Of a DNA stretch of 64,000 nucleotides, positions 32,448 through 42,763 are shown piece after piece. The stretch covers positions 1 to 64,000 of the forward strand of contig JALHMH010000012.1 of NCBI GenBank assembly GCA_022844165.1. The letters are read 5' to 3'. How positions within the stretch are numbered: position 1 is the stretch's first letter; each line of letters opens with the position of its first letter. The notes beneath the pieces were generated by a model. That model was not told where the DNA came from and ran no database searches. It saw only the letters and a list, made by a program, of their open reading frames with translations. This stretch comes from Lysobacterales bacterium. Its GTDB lineage: Bacteria > Pseudomonadota > Gammaproteobacteria > Xanthomonadales > SZUA-5. The position numbers were made by a program, and so were the translations under genes.

Positions 32448-32534
32448 GCCGAAGTGGCGGAATCGGTAGACGCAGCGGACTCAAAATCCGCCGCCCTTAA
32501 AAGCGTGTGGGTTCGAGTCCCACCTTCGGCACCA
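32448..32534 (+). tRNA. tRNA-Leu(CAA)
   Basis: Acceptor stem GCCGAAG/CTTCGGC, D-loop GGTAGA, anticodon arm GCGGA-CTCAAAA-TCCGC, long variable arm, GTTCGAGTC T-loop, encoded CCA. Confidence 0.97.
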
Positions 32535-32622
32535 CCTTTGATTCTGCGAACTGCCGCGTATTCAGTGCGGCAGGGGGGCTCTGCGCAGAACGCCTTCGAT
32601 GCCAGTGAGTGGCTCCCTCAAA

Positions 32623-32652
32623 AACAACAGCCCGCCAAAGCGGGCTGTTGTT
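32623..32652. terminator. Bidirectional intrinsic terminator between the tRNA and the protease gene
   Basis: Perfect 13-bp stem AACAACAGCCCGC-CAAA-GCGGGCTGTTGTT between convergent genes. Confidence 0.85.
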
Positions 32653-32677
32653 GGCGTGAGTTCGATTGTCAATGAGC

Positions 32678-34462
32678 TTAGAACTGCAGGCTCCACTTGT
32701 CCAAATAGCCGGTGTCGCCATTGGCATTGTCGTTGACACGCAGATTCCACGTGCCGTTTGCTAACTCGCTGGAGGCGTTCACGGTATATGTGCCGATGAT
32801 GTTGTCGGCGCTGCCGCCGGAGCGGTTATGAAGCACGTAGACCGAGCCGTCGGGCGCAATCAGATCGACTTTCAGATCGCCTCTGTACGTATGATAGATC
32901 GTGACGCCGACTCTCAGTGTGGATGGTGCATTGCCAGACCGGCCGGTCACCGAGATTGGACTGTTGATGGTTGCATTATCGCGAATCTGGAAATCAGTGG
33001 TGTTTTCGAAGAAGCTTGCACCGCCGCCACCGCCACCGCCACCGAGCGCCGCGATGGTTGCCGCTGCGTTGATGATGCCCGTGCCGCACCCGGAGCAGGT
33101 CGTCGGAAATGCCCGGGCGTTGTTCTTGATCAGCGTTTCGATGGCCGACGGCGTCTGGGAGCCGCGGCTTAAAATCAGAGCCGCCAGGCCTGCTACGTGC
33201 GGGCTTGCCATCGACGTGCCCTGGTACCACGCGTACGATTGAGATCCAGGCGTGGTTGTGCCGGAATTCAAGGTCGACAGGACACCGTTACTGGACGAAG
33301 AGCGCACATCACCACCCGGCGCGGCAACATCGACAGCCGTGCCGAAATTGGAATAGTAAGCGCGTCCGCCGGAGCGATTGGTGGCTGCAACGGTGACAAC
33401 ATTGGCACAGTTCGCCGGTGTCGCACCCGATGCATTTACGTTCGAATTGCCTGCCGCAACCACCACCACGGAGCCGCGGCCGACTGCGCCAGTGATGGCG
33501 TTCTGATAAGTCGATGGGCACGATGTGCTGCTGCCACCCAAACTCATATTGATGACTTTGGCTGGTGTTGCGTTTGCGGGAATACCCGAGACTGAGCCGC
33601 CCGAAGCCCAGGTAATGGCATCAGCGATGTCCGAGAGCGTTCCACCGCAAGCGGCCAGTACGCGAATGGGCTGAATACGTGCATTGAACGCAACACCAGC
33701 GACGCCGCTTGCGTTGTTCGTCACGGCTGCGACCGTTCCGGCAACGTGCGTGCCGTGCCAGCTGGAATTGGACGCTGGCGAACCGGAAAAACACTGGCCG
33801 GCTGTTACCCAGTCGCCTTGGTCGGCCGGGTTTGAGTCTCGGCCATTGCCGTCGCGCGCATTGGTCGCACTGCTGACAAAGTCGTAACCCGCGACAACGT
33901 TGGCGTTTAGATCAGTGTGGCTGACAATGCCGGTATCGAGTACAGCAACGGTGACGCCGGTGCCTGTGGCGGTATCCCAGGCAGTGGGCAAATTTGCCCC
34001 ACCAGTGGCTTCGAAATAGTGCCACTGTTGGCTGTAGGACGAATCGTTCGGCGAAAGGAAGGGCACCATGATTTGGTCAGGTTCCACGTAGGCCACACCC
34101 GGATCTGCTGCGAGCGCATTCATGATTGCCAGCAGAGCCTTATCTTCGAGTGGTTTGCCTAGTTTGACCAGGTGCCCGCCTGTCGAGAGCGTGCGTTGAT
34201 AGGCCAGAGTCTCGCCGGTCGCTGCCGCGACGCGGTCCAGATGCCCATAGACGGCGGCGAGGTCCCCGCTCGCTCGCGCCTCGTCGCTATAGCCGACGAT
34301 CAGTTGGTCGTATGCATACGGATCGCCAAGCGCGGCACTGTTCACACGCGGGTTTTCGCCCGGCGAGCCTCCTCCCAAAACTTGTGCGCTAACGTTCGTT
34401 GCCAGTCCAAGACTGGACGCCACAACCAAACTGATCATCGATTTCTTAACGAATTTGTGCAT
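32678..34462 (-). CDS. Extracellular S8 (subtilisin-like) serine protease with propeptide and C-terminal P-domain
   Basis: 594 aa. Signal peptide, catalytic triad VLDTG / HGTHVAG / GTSMASPHVAG, Gly linker, proprotein convertase P-domain (HTYRGDL...GTWNLRV). Confidence 0.95.
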   Translation of the reverse strand: MHKFVKKSMISLVVASSLGLATNVSAQVLGGGSPGENPRVNSAALGDPYAYDQLIVGYSDEARASGDLAAVYGHLDRVAAATGETLAYQRTLSTGGHLVKLGKPLEDKALLAIMNALAADPGVAYVEPDQIMVPFLSPNDSSYSQQWHYFEATGGANLPTAWDTATGTGVTVAVLDTGIVSHTDLNANVVAGYDFVSSATNARDGNGRDSNPADQGDWVTAGQCFSGSPASNSSWHGTHVAGTVAAVTNNASGVAGVAFNARIQPIRVLAACGGTLSDIADAITWASGGSVSGIPANATPAKVINMSLGGSSTSCPSTYQNAITGAVGRGSVVVVAAGNSNVNASGATPANCANVVTVAATNRSGGRAYYSNFGTAVDVAAPGGDVRSSSSNGVLSTLNSGTTTPGSQSYAWYQGTSMASPHVAGLAALILSRGSQTPSAIETLIKNNARAFPTTCSGCGTGIINAAATIAALGGGGGGGGASFFENTTDFQIRDNATINSPISVTGRSGNAPSTLRVGVTIYHTYRGDLKVDLIAPDGSVYVLHNRSGGSADNIIGTYTVNASSELANGTWNLRVNDNANGDTGYLDKWSLQF

Positions 34463-35352
34463 CTGATTCGACCCCTCGCATCAACGTCAATACTCGCAGT
34501 CGCATCCACGGCCGGACTGACCGTAGATGCCCCCTTTGGATGCCGACGCTCAATATTCCTCTCCCCAGAGGTCAATAGAACGATTGCGGCGGGGGCACAG
34601 TAGTCAGCTGACGCAAACGGGTCAATTGTGTCCGGTTTCGTCACACAACCACTGAATGCTGCGATGCAGCAATTCGTGAACTCTTCGCCCCGGGCGAAAT
34701 CTGAACAATTCTTAAGTCTCTTGTTTATAAAGCGTTCAGTGATCGTCTCTTCGGAAACCAATTGGTGCAGCGCACAACATCCTGTGCCGCTAATGACATA
34801 CGTATAGGTCTTATGTGGCGAGGAAGAGCCACTTTTTTGTGTCTGATGTCTACTTACATCGTCTCGATGCATTCCAAGCTAATGGCATGGCCCATCGCGG
34901 CGTTGCTCAATCTCGCAAAAGCGTAGGCTCTTGCTGTGGTTCGCGCCTGGCGTTGAGTGCGTTACACGCCTCTCGGCGCAATCGGGGGCTTATGCAACCA
35001 GGCACCAGTGGCGTTGACCACGTAGGAGCATCACAGGTGAGTCAAATTTTCTAAGAAGTAGCCCCTGGCTCTTGAAGCTCCCTCGCGTCTGATGGGCGCG
35101 CGCGAAGCGCGCGGAGTTGCCGTAAGAGAGTGTCGAGTCGGATGCTGCCTGCTCTCCGATGTTTGGGTAGGAAGTAACGACTGTCGACCATGATCGTTGT
35201 GCCAGGTACGCTTCGAGTGAAGCCAGCAATGCCTGCGGGTCTGAAGCAAAGCCTCGCCAGGCGGTCAGATGACAATTCGATGATCGATTGCACATTTATT
35301 TGCGCCGAAAACCCGGCAGACTAAGCAATCAGGGGCAATGAGGAGCCGGCGG

Positions 35353-37821
35353 ATGGGAGAAGCGCAGCGCTCGGCAGCGAACGATCCGCATGTAGACCGT
35401 GCCTATGAGGAATTGCGCCAACACGCGACGCAGTTAGTGCAGGCGTGGGAGCAACTGAATGGATCGCGTTGGAATAGCGCTCATGGCCGTGGCTTGCAAT
35501 TGGCCGCGAAACATCTTGTGCGTGCTTGCGAACGATTGCGCTTGTCACTCACTCGCAAAGCGGGTGAGTTGGAAACGTTCATCAAGGTGTTTGTCGATAC
35601 TTCACTAACGCCAAACGCGGATCAGTTGCGGACGTTGTCGGCGCTGGTGAGTACGCTTGCCAGTACGGCGTTGGCGCTCGATATGGTTGCAAAGCCGCCT
35701 GTGCCGGTCGAGCCCGCAACCGTCAAGACCGTGGCCCCGCCGTTGGTGGCAGCTACGGTCAAAGCGGCGCGCCAGCGCGACGAAGACTTGCTGGTGCTGA
35801 TCGGCCAAACCGCCGATTTCGGTGTCGATCTGGCATCTGCGTTTCTGGAGAATGGCTTTAGCGTAAAGGCCTTTGCCAATGGCGAGCTGGCCCAGGCGCT
35901 GGTCGCGGTCACACTTCCGCGTGCCATTGTCGTCAGTGCTGCGCAAGCAAATGCCATCGGCACGTTGCGTGGCATGGTGACGGCTCGTGCCGACTTTGGC
36001 GAGACACATCGCCCAGTCGGCTTTGCGCTGGTCATGCAGCGTCCTGATATCGGTCGGCGCCTGGTAGCGATGCGCCACGGTGTCAAGTACTTCGAACCGC
36101 CGATCGATCCTCTGGCTTTGCTGGTGGCTTTGACCGGTGAGGCAGTCGTGGCACCGTCGCAGTGCCGCGTCATGTTGCTCGATAGTGATCGAGCGTGCGG
36201 TCTGACTGAAGCCACGTGGTTGAAGGAAGCGGGTTACACAGTACGCTTATGCACCAGTGCGCCCGAGGCGATCGACGCGATTGACGATTTCAAGCCGCAG
36301 ATTGCAGTCGTCGATGCGGACCTTCGGGGTGCCGAGTCGATGCGGACGGTCCATGCTTTGCGGGACAACCCGGCTACGCAGGACGTTCCGGTTATCGTGG
36401 TTGCGAGCTCGCGCGAATTGGCAACACGTGAACAAGCGATCGCTGGAGGCGCGGACGAGTACTTACTCAAGCCAGTCAAGCCACGACACCTTATAGGTGT
36501 GATTGAGGCGCGTCTAAAGCGCAGCAAGCGCTTTGCGACGCGCCGCGTTGCGCCCCGCGACGACAGTGGCCTGTACCCGCGCCGCGAGTTTATCGATCGA
36601 GCGAATTCTGCGCGCGGCCAGCCGGGGGCTGTGGTTGTATACCTTGCACTCAATGAGCATGAGGCGCTTCGCAAACAGCTGGGCATTTCCGGTCAGGAAC
36701 GGCTGGATCAGACGATAGGCGCAGTTTTTCGAGAATTCCTGCGGCCAGAGGATGTTCCATCGGCTTACCAGGACGGTCGCTATTTGATTCTGCTTCGTCG
36801 CCCACAGCGCAATGACGCGATGGGGACCGCGGAATCCTTGCGCGAAGCTTTGGCACGCCGATTAATCAAAGTGGCCGAACGGGAGGTTCCGTTGAAGGCC
36901 AGCTTCGGTTTGGCGACGCTGGATGGTGATAGTGCGGATGCAGTCGTACAGAACGCTGAAGCGGCGGCGCTTGCGGCAATGCACTTGGGCGGCGATCGCA
37001 GTATGTGGTTCGAATTTTCGAGCGCTTCTTTGGTGCCAGCCGAACGTGAGGCGCAGTTGCGTGGGATTGTCGAGAGTCGGCGCTTTGCGATGCATATGGA
37101 AGCGCGTGGTGTGCCGTTAATTCCACTGAACGGGCGTGTGCCAGGGCAATACGAATGGAATCTGCTTTGGCGTGTTGGCGGAACCGGGCATTCGCCGGTG
37201 TCGCTGCCAGAGATGCAACAAGCCGCCAGGGCAGGCGGCGCTTCGGGCGACTTCGATCGATTTGTGGTCAGTGAGGCGCTCACGCAGCGTGCCGAGATGC
37301 TCAAACGTGGCAAGCAACTGCGGCTTGCTGTCGACTTGTCCGGGCATGCATTGGACGACGGTGGGTTGGTGGACTTTATCGAGGCGAAGCTCAAAGAACG
37401 CAGATTGTCTGGCACCGGTTTGGCGTTGACGCTGCCAGCTTTGGTGTTGGCCGAACGTATCGACGCTTTAATTGCCTTTTGTCAGCATTCAAAGCCTTTG
37501 GCCCTGCGCGTCGGATTGCGCGACGTTGGCAGAGACATGACGTTGGTCCATCGCTTGCGCGGCGTACCGGTCGACTTTTTGCGGCTGAGCCCCGAACTGA
37601 GCGCCGCGGCCGCTGGAGATCGCGCCGGTGAGCTGTTGTCGGCGCTGGTGCGCCGCGCTCATCAAAGCGGAATGATCGTGATCGCCAGCAGTGTGGACAG
37701 TCGCGATCAAATGACAGCACTTCAAACCATGGGCGTCGACTATGCAGAGAGTCCATCGCTCGGTCCGGCCAGCAGCGATTTCAATTTTGAGTTCTCAAAG
37801 TGGTTAGGAAAAGTCAACTGA
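35353..37821 (+). CDS. Multi-domain signalling protein: helical N-terminal domain, REC-REC, degenerate GGDEF and EAL
   Basis: RBS AGGAG before ATG 35353. REC motifs VVDADL and GADEYLLKP. GGDEF position reads YQDGR and EAL position reads EWNLLW. Confidence 0.8.
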   Translation: MGEAQRSAANDPHVDRAYEELRQHATQLVQAWEQLNGSRWNSAHGRGLQLAAKHLVRACERLRLSLTRKAGELETFIKVFVDTSLTPNADQLRTLSALVSTLASTALALDMVAKPPVPVEPATVKTVAPPLVAATVKAARQRDEDLLVLIGQTADFGVDLASAFLENGFSVKAFANGELAQALVAVTLPRAIVVSAAQANAIGTLRGMVTARADFGETHRPVGFALVMQRPDIGRRLVAMRHGVKYFEPPIDPLALLVALTGEAVVAPSQCRVMLLDSDRACGLTEATWLKEAGYTVRLCTSAPEAIDAIDDFKPQIAVVDADLRGAESMRTVHALRDNPATQDVPVIVVASSRELATREQAIAGGADEYLLKPVKPRHLIGVIEARLKRSKRFATRRVAPRDDSGLYPRREFIDRANSARGQPGAVVVYLALNEHEALRKQLGISGQERLDQTIGAVFREFLRPEDVPSAYQDGRYLILLRRPQRNDAMGTAESLREALARRLIKVAEREVPLKASFGLATLDGDSADAVVQNAEAAALAAMHLGGDRSMWFEFSSASLVPAEREAQLRGIVESRRFAMHMEARGVPLIPLNGRVPGQYEWNLLWRVGGTGHSPVSLPEMQQAARAGGASGDFDRFVVSEALTQRAEMLKRGKQLRLAVDLSGHALDDGGLVDFIEAKLKERRLSGTGLALTLPALVLAERIDALIAFCQHSKPLALRVGLRDVGRDMTLVHRLRGVPVDFLRLSPELSAAAAGDRAGELLSALVRRAHQSGMIVIASSVDSRDQMTALQTMGVDYAESPSLGPASSDFNFEFSKWLGKVN

Positions 37822-37893
37822 TCGCTGGCCTTGTCTCGAGCGACAACCCTCAGACTGTCGAACGAGCATCGGCCAGCCACCAGTCGCACACGG

Positions 37894-39042
37894 CTAACTC
37901 TTCGGCTGCAGCATTTCTTCCATTGTCTTCTTGAAGTTGCCCGCCTTCCAACTGGGTAGCGCAAAACTCCAGCCATCGGCGCGAGCATTGAGTTCGGAGA
38001 CTTGTTTTTGGATGTCCGCTAGTTTGTCCGCGCGGGCTTTTGCCGCATCGAAAGCCGGTTTGTCCGCAGGTGTTTGATCGCCGGTTTCGCCGCCCGCAGC
38101 AGGTGTGGCGGCACTCTCCGCTTTACTCTTTTCCGCAGCTACCCATGTGTCGAGTTGCGACTCGTCGACGCGTGCGCGCCAGCGAGACCAGGTCTTTTCG
38201 GCAACGTCCCATAGGTCGACTTCAATCACCATACCATCGTGCGTCGCAAAGCTGGTGCGCCAATACTTGTCGTCGGTCGGTTGCTGACTTTCGGACTTGG
38301 CGACATCTTCAAGATTGACACTCGAGAGGGCGCCACCGATTTGATTGCCCGCCGACTCGGAACTTAGTTCGCGACCCTTCGGTACGTCGAGTACGTTGAA
38401 ATTAAAGGCGGCTGAATCCGTCTTCTCGATTTTCAAGACCTTCCCGTCAGGATCAGTAATGTCGACACGACGGACGCGCTCGCTGGGTATGTCTGCAATG
38501 GACTTGGCCAGCCAGTTGCCTGGTTCTTTGTCTGGAATGATGGAGCCCGAGACCAGGAAGCTCTTGGCTTCGCCATCGCGACGAACGAAGGTGGAGTCGC
38601 CATTTGGGCCGGCGATGCCGACAATGAGCTTCACCGGAGATTTCAGCCCGAGCAGTTCGACCCCCAGGCCCTTGGCATCCGCCGCACTCAGGTCCTCGAC
38701 GCCTAAGCGCGCATAGTTTTCGGGCTTGCTGGTCTTTTCTTCGCGCAGCTGGGCGTTGCTAAGCTTGATCAAGAACTCGCGGATCTTGCTGACATCGGCG
38801 GCGTAACCGTCTTTGGCTGCAACCGTCCAACGGTCTTCGGATTTGTTGAGCTCGGCAATCGCGACGCCGCCAGCGCCGCTGATTTTGATCGCGCTGATGT
38901 CGTTCAGTTGTTTGTCGAGTTCAGCAATCAACGCGCCGCTGACAGTCGATTCTTGCGCCTGCTGGCCGCGGTTCAGGAACAGGCCGATGCCGAGCACAAC
39001 AGCCGTGATCAGCAATAACAATATGAGGCGTTTTTGCATCAT
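37894..39042 (-). CDS. DUF4340 domain protein (Gld-like ABC system partner)
   Basis: N-terminal TM anchor, EEKTSKPENYARLGV. Last gene of the Gld-like ABC operon. Confidence 0.8.
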   Translation of the reverse strand: MMQKRLILLLLITAVVLGIGLFLNRGQQAQESTVSGALIAELDKQLNDISAIKISGAGGVAIAELNKSEDRWTVAAKDGYAADVSKIREFLIKLSNAQLREEKTSKPENYARLGVEDLSAADAKGLGVELLGLKSPVKLIVGIAGPNGDSTFVRRDGEAKSFLVSGSIIPDKEPGNWLAKSIADIPSERVRRVDITDPDGKVLKIEKTDSAAFNFNVLDVPKGRELSSESAGNQIGGALSSVNLEDVAKSESQQPTDDKYWRTSFATHDGMVIEVDLWDVAEKTWSRWRARVDESQLDTWVAAEKSKAESAATPAAGGETGDQTPADKPAFDAAKARADKLADIQKQVSELNARADGWSFALPSWKAGNFKKTMEEMLQPKS

Positions 39043-39043
39043 G

Positions 39044-40921
39044 TTAGTTTGCTCCAGCCAAAGTCTGAGCACGACGTCGGCGGCCCCAGCGCCAGAACAG
39101 CAGAGCGCCGCCAATCACCAAAAGAGGAACCAGGGCGATATTGATGAACTTGACGCGCGTTCCGAGCGCCTCAATGTCCTTATCGAGATTTCGCCGCACT
39201 TCGCGAAGGTCTTTACGAATCTCCAGTTTTTCGCGCTGGAAGCGCTCAATCTCGGCTTGCTGTTCGGGTGAGAGGATCATCGCGTTCTCCGCCGACTTGC
39301 CGGCTTGCAGATCATTCAGTTTCTGCTCCGCTTCCTGCAGCCGGGTTTGTAGTTCTTCCTCCGTGGCGCGGAACTTCTCATCCGCTTCCCGGCGCATGCC
39401 CTCAACGACCGTAAATGGCCGGGCGCTGGAACTGCGGCCGCGGATCGAGATCAACGCACTGCTTCCGCCAAGGTTGTCCGCTGCGTTGATGGCGATATCG
39501 CCGTTGTTGGCGAACGGATTGGCGATTTGTTGGCCAAAGAAGTTCTGAACCTGCACCCAAAGACGGTTCGTCAGCAGATCCGTGTCGGCAAACAAGATGG
39601 CATTGGCATCGTCTTTGGTTTCGGCGATGTGGCCTGCGGTTGAGGCACGATCTTCGAATGCGCTCTTCAGTTTTCCTGTCAAGCGTCCCGCGATGATGTA
39701 GTTCTCGCCACTCGGCGTAAAGTCCTTGAGCAGTTCGCGCGGATCGGGCAGGAAGCGCGTGCGCTCGGTAGACACTACGCTGGCTTCGCTGCTCGATTGC
39801 AGCAAAGGCTCGAGTTTCACCGTCGCGCCGTCCTTGAGTCGAAAGCGGCCTGCCGTATCGATGTTAATCAAGTTCAATTTGGCGCTGACCAGATCCCGGT
39901 CGTTGATTTGCGCCTCGCGCAAACCAAGGATCAACGGGTGTTGGACAGGTGGTTCGGTTTGGCTGATCTGCACTTGTAGTCCCAGTGCGCGGTCGACGAC
40001 CACCTCATCGGCCTTGTACTCGATTCCCCAGGCGGAGAGGAGTTTTTCGAGATTCGAGCTCTTGTCGGCGAACATCGCCGCACTCGGGTTGTTCGGATCT
40101 GCACCGCTGGTATCGGTGTTCGCATTGGGGTCGACAAACAGCAGCAGGCGCCCGCCCTTCATCACGAACTGGTCGATCGCATAGAGTGTGTTGTCATTCA
40201 GCGCTTTGGGGTGCACAACCATCAGCACCTGAATCTTCGGATCGATCTCGCTGAAATCGACCCCAAGCGGCCGGACTTCGAAGAGGTCGTTCAATTGGGT
40301 AATCACCGCCCACGGTTCGCTCATGCGTTGTGTGGTCTGGTCAAAGCCGCCTTGCAAAGGCAGGCCTGTGACCAGCCCGATCACAGGCTTTTCCGGTTGC
40401 AGGAGCGTCTGGATCAGTTTGGCGACATCGTATTCGAGGAACAGTTCTTTATCGGGCTGGAAAAAGGGGATCGCTGCTTTGCCGTTGAGCGAATTGGTGC
40501 CGGCCAGGCCAAAGAACAGCTTGTCGCCGGTTGTTCCTACGGGCACCGATTGCAATCCCGCCGCCGTTGCCTCGTCTTCTTCTTCGCTGAAAGGCTGCGG
40601 ATCGACAACCGATAGCCGAAGCTTCCCGCCGCTGCGCGACGCCATTTCTTCGAGCACTTCGCGAACGCGTTGAGCGTAGGTGCGAATGGGTGCCAAATCG
40701 CGGGAGGCTTCGTCGGAGAAATAGAAATACAGGTTGATCGGTTCGTCGATACTGGAGACGATCTCGTTCGTGCCTTCGCTCAAAGTGTATTCGTCATTGG
40801 CTGTCAGGTCGAGGCGCGCGCCGCGGAATAGCGCATTGCTGATCACCGTGATGCCGACGAACAGGAGTGCCAGAACGAGCAGCGTCAACCCGCCGGAGGC
40901 GCGTTTGTTGAATAGGTTCAT
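39044..40921 (-). CDS. GldG-family ABC transporter auxiliary protein
   Basis: RLDLT...YTLSEGT, LEYDV, IDQFVMKGG, C-terminal TM segment. Confidence 0.85.
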   Translation of the reverse strand: MNLFNKRASGGLTLLVLALLFVGITVISNALFRGARLDLTANDEYTLSEGTNEIVSSIDEPINLYFYFSDEASRDLAPIRTYAQRVREVLEEMASRSGGKLRLSVVDPQPFSEEEDEATAAGLQSVPVGTTGDKLFFGLAGTNSLNGKAAIPFFQPDKELFLEYDVAKLIQTLLQPEKPVIGLVTGLPLQGGFDQTTQRMSEPWAVITQLNDLFEVRPLGVDFSEIDPKIQVLMVVHPKALNDNTLYAIDQFVMKGGRLLLFVDPNANTDTSGADPNNPSAAMFADKSSNLEKLLSAWGIEYKADEVVVDRALGLQVQISQTEPPVQHPLILGLREAQINDRDLVSAKLNLINIDTAGRFRLKDGATVKLEPLLQSSSEASVVSTERTRFLPDPRELLKDFTPSGENYIIAGRLTGKLKSAFEDRASTAGHIAETKDDANAILFADTDLLTNRLWVQVQNFFGQQIANPFANNGDIAINAADNLGGSSALISIRGRSSSARPFTVVEGMRREADEKFRATEEELQTRLQEAEQKLNDLQAGKSAENAMILSPEQQAEIERFQREKLEIRKDLREVRRNLDKDIEALGTRVKFINIALVPLLVIGGALLFWRWGRRRRAQTLAGAN

Positions 40922-40940
40922 AGGTGCAGTCCTTTGCGAG

Positions 40941-41675
40941 TTAGTCGGCTTTCTTGAAGTCGATGATGATCGACGTGGCATACAAGAACAGGCCGATCAG
41001 CAATCCGAAAAAGATCAGGTCGCGAAGATCGATCACGCCTTTGGAAATTGATGCGAAGTGCGTGATAAAGCTCAAACTCGCGACACCATCGACCAGCCAT
41101 TGCGGCAAGAAGACCTTCGCGAAACTGAGCACGAGCGGATGTCCGGCAAGTAACAGCACAAAACAAATGACGACTGTGACAATGAAAGCGATCACCTGAC
41201 TCTTGGTTGCTGCAGACACTGCACTCCCGATCGCGAGAAACCCACCAGCCATCAGCAGGCTTCCGATATAGCTGGCGACGATCACGCCGTTGTCAGGATC
41301 ACCAAGGTAGTTGACGGTCATCCAGATCGGGAATGTCAGCGCCAGCGCGATACCGACGAATGCCCACGCAGCCAGGAACTTGGCAATGACCGCGTGCGCC
41401 TGTGTGACGGGCAAGGTCAACAGCAGTTCGATCGAGCCCGTGTTTCGTTCCTCCGCCCAGAGCCGCATCGCCACTGCCGGGACTAAGAACAAATAGAGCC
41501 AAGGGTGAAAATCGAAAAAGGGCTTGAGATCTGCCTGGCCGCGCTCGTAAAGACCGCCGAGTTGGAACGCGAAAGCGCCCGAAAGCACCAAAAAGATCAC
41601 GATAAAGACGTAGGCGACTGGCGTCGCAAAATAACTGGCCAGCTCGCGGCGGAAAAGGGTGTTGATTGGGCTCAT
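40941..41675 (-). CDS. ABC-2 permease (GldF-like)
   Basis: RELASYFATPVAY and MRLWAEERNTGSIELLLTLP. Confidence 0.9.
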   Translation of the reverse strand: MSPINTLFRRELASYFATPVAYVFIVIFLVLSGAFAFQLGGLYERGQADLKPFFDFHPWLYLFLVPAVAMRLWAEERNTGSIELLLTLPVTQAHAVIAKFLAAWAFVGIALALTFPIWMTVNYLGDPDNGVIVASYIGSLLMAGGFLAIGSAVSAATKSQVIAFIVTVVICFVLLLAGHPLVLSFAKVFLPQWLVDGVASLSFITHFASISKGVIDLRDLIFFGLLIGLFLYATSIIIDFKKAD

Positions 41676-42595
41676 GAGCGTGCGCCTCCTTGTGTGATCG
41701 TGCGAAACACCTCATCCAGGCGCCCCGATTCCAGTTCGACGCTGGTCACATCGATGGCGCGCTCGTGCAGGCGCTGCGTGACAGGTCCAAAAATGCTCTT
41801 CCCCAAGATCGGGAAGACGGTCAGGACGCGCGCCTCGCGATCGATTGCGATGTCGCTCACACCCGGAACGCCGTTGAGCGCTTCCTTGAGCGCATCCAGG
41901 TCGCGTGCGCGCAGGGATACGGCCTGGTAGTACTTGGATTTTGCCTCCAACTCGTCGGGCGTCGCATCGGCCACCACCTTGCCACCGGCGATGATGATCG
42001 CGCGCGAGCAAACTGCGTGGACTTCTTCCAGAATGTGCGTCGAGATCACGACGATTTTGTCTTTCGCGAGCCCTTGGATCAGCGCACGCACCTCGTGTTT
42101 TTGATTCGGATCGAGACCGTCCGTGGGTTCGTCGAGCACCAATACCCTGGGATCGTGCAAAATCGCTTGCGCGATGCCGACGCGTCGTTTGAAGCCCTTG
42201 CTCAGCGTATCGATCGGCTGATCCAGGACGCGTTCGAGGCCCAGGCGCGCGACGACTTCGCGAATACGATTGGCAGGATTCTCCAGGCCACGTATGCGTG
42301 CGATGAAGGTGAGGAAGTTCGCTGGCGTCATTTCACCATAAGCTGGAGCGCCCTCCGGCAAGTAGCCGATACAGCGCTTTGCTTCCAGGGGCGCCGACTC
42401 GACGTCGTGGCCGCACACGCGGATGCTGCCTTCGGTCGGCGTCAAGAAGCCCGCAATCATCTTCATTGTCGTCGACTTCCCGGCCCCGTTGGGTCCGAGA
42501 AAGCCCAGGACTTCGCCGGGAGAGACGGTGAAACTCACCGAATCTACTGCTACGAGATCCCCATATCGCTTAGTTAGATTCTTGATTTCTATCAT
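41672..42595 (-). CDS. ABC transporter ATP-binding protein (GldA-like)
   Basis: GPNGAGKST, LSKGFKRR, LDEPTDGLDP. Confidence 0.92.
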   Translation of the reverse strand: MIEIKNLTKRYGDLVAVDSVSFTVSPGEVLGFLGPNGAGKSTTMKMIAGFLTPTEGSIRVCGHDVESAPLEAKRCIGYLPEGAPAYGEMTPANFLTFIARIRGLENPANRIREVVARLGLERVLDQPIDTLSKGFKRRVGIAQAILHDPRVLVLDEPTDGLDPNQKHEVRALIQGLAKDKIVVISTHILEEVHAVCSRAIIIAGGKVVADATPDELEAKSKYYQAVSLRARDLDALKEALNGVPGVSDIAIDREARVLTVFPILGKSIFGPVTQRLHERAIDVTSVELESGRLDEVFRTITQGGARS

Positions 42596-42641
42596 GATAT
42601 TGACTTCGATCCGTGTTGTTTCGAAATGCGAGACGCGCGCG

Positions 42642-42669
42642 ACTTGAGGGCGCTGCGACCATTTTCAAG
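42642..42669 (-). promoter_or_regulatory. Possible sigma32 (RpoH) promoter for the ABC operon
   Basis: Minus strand CTTGAA-14 nt-CCTCAAGT versus consensus CTTGAA-N13/14-CCCCATNT, about 46 nt upstream of the start codon. Confidence 0.4.
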
Positions 42670-42763
42670 GGGGAAAGTTCCCAGAGTGGGGATGGCCAAT
42701 CCACTCGATTGCCACCAGCCTCGATTGCCACCAGCAGGTTGTGACTCAACGGTTCGCCACGGC

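Noticed and set aside
32448-32677. tRNA-Leu(CAA) as the integration site of the defence island
   Set aside because: No integrase or duplicated tRNA 3' end was seen, and the island lies 4 kb upstream of the tRNA 5' end. The site appears empty.
33019-33045. CCGCCA-type tandem repeat
   Set aside because: Encodes the ordinary poly-Gly linker of the protease.
37853-37863. ACTGTCGAAC match to the IS terminus at 133-142
   Set aside because: Only 10 bp and lacks the terminal nucleotides; chance level.
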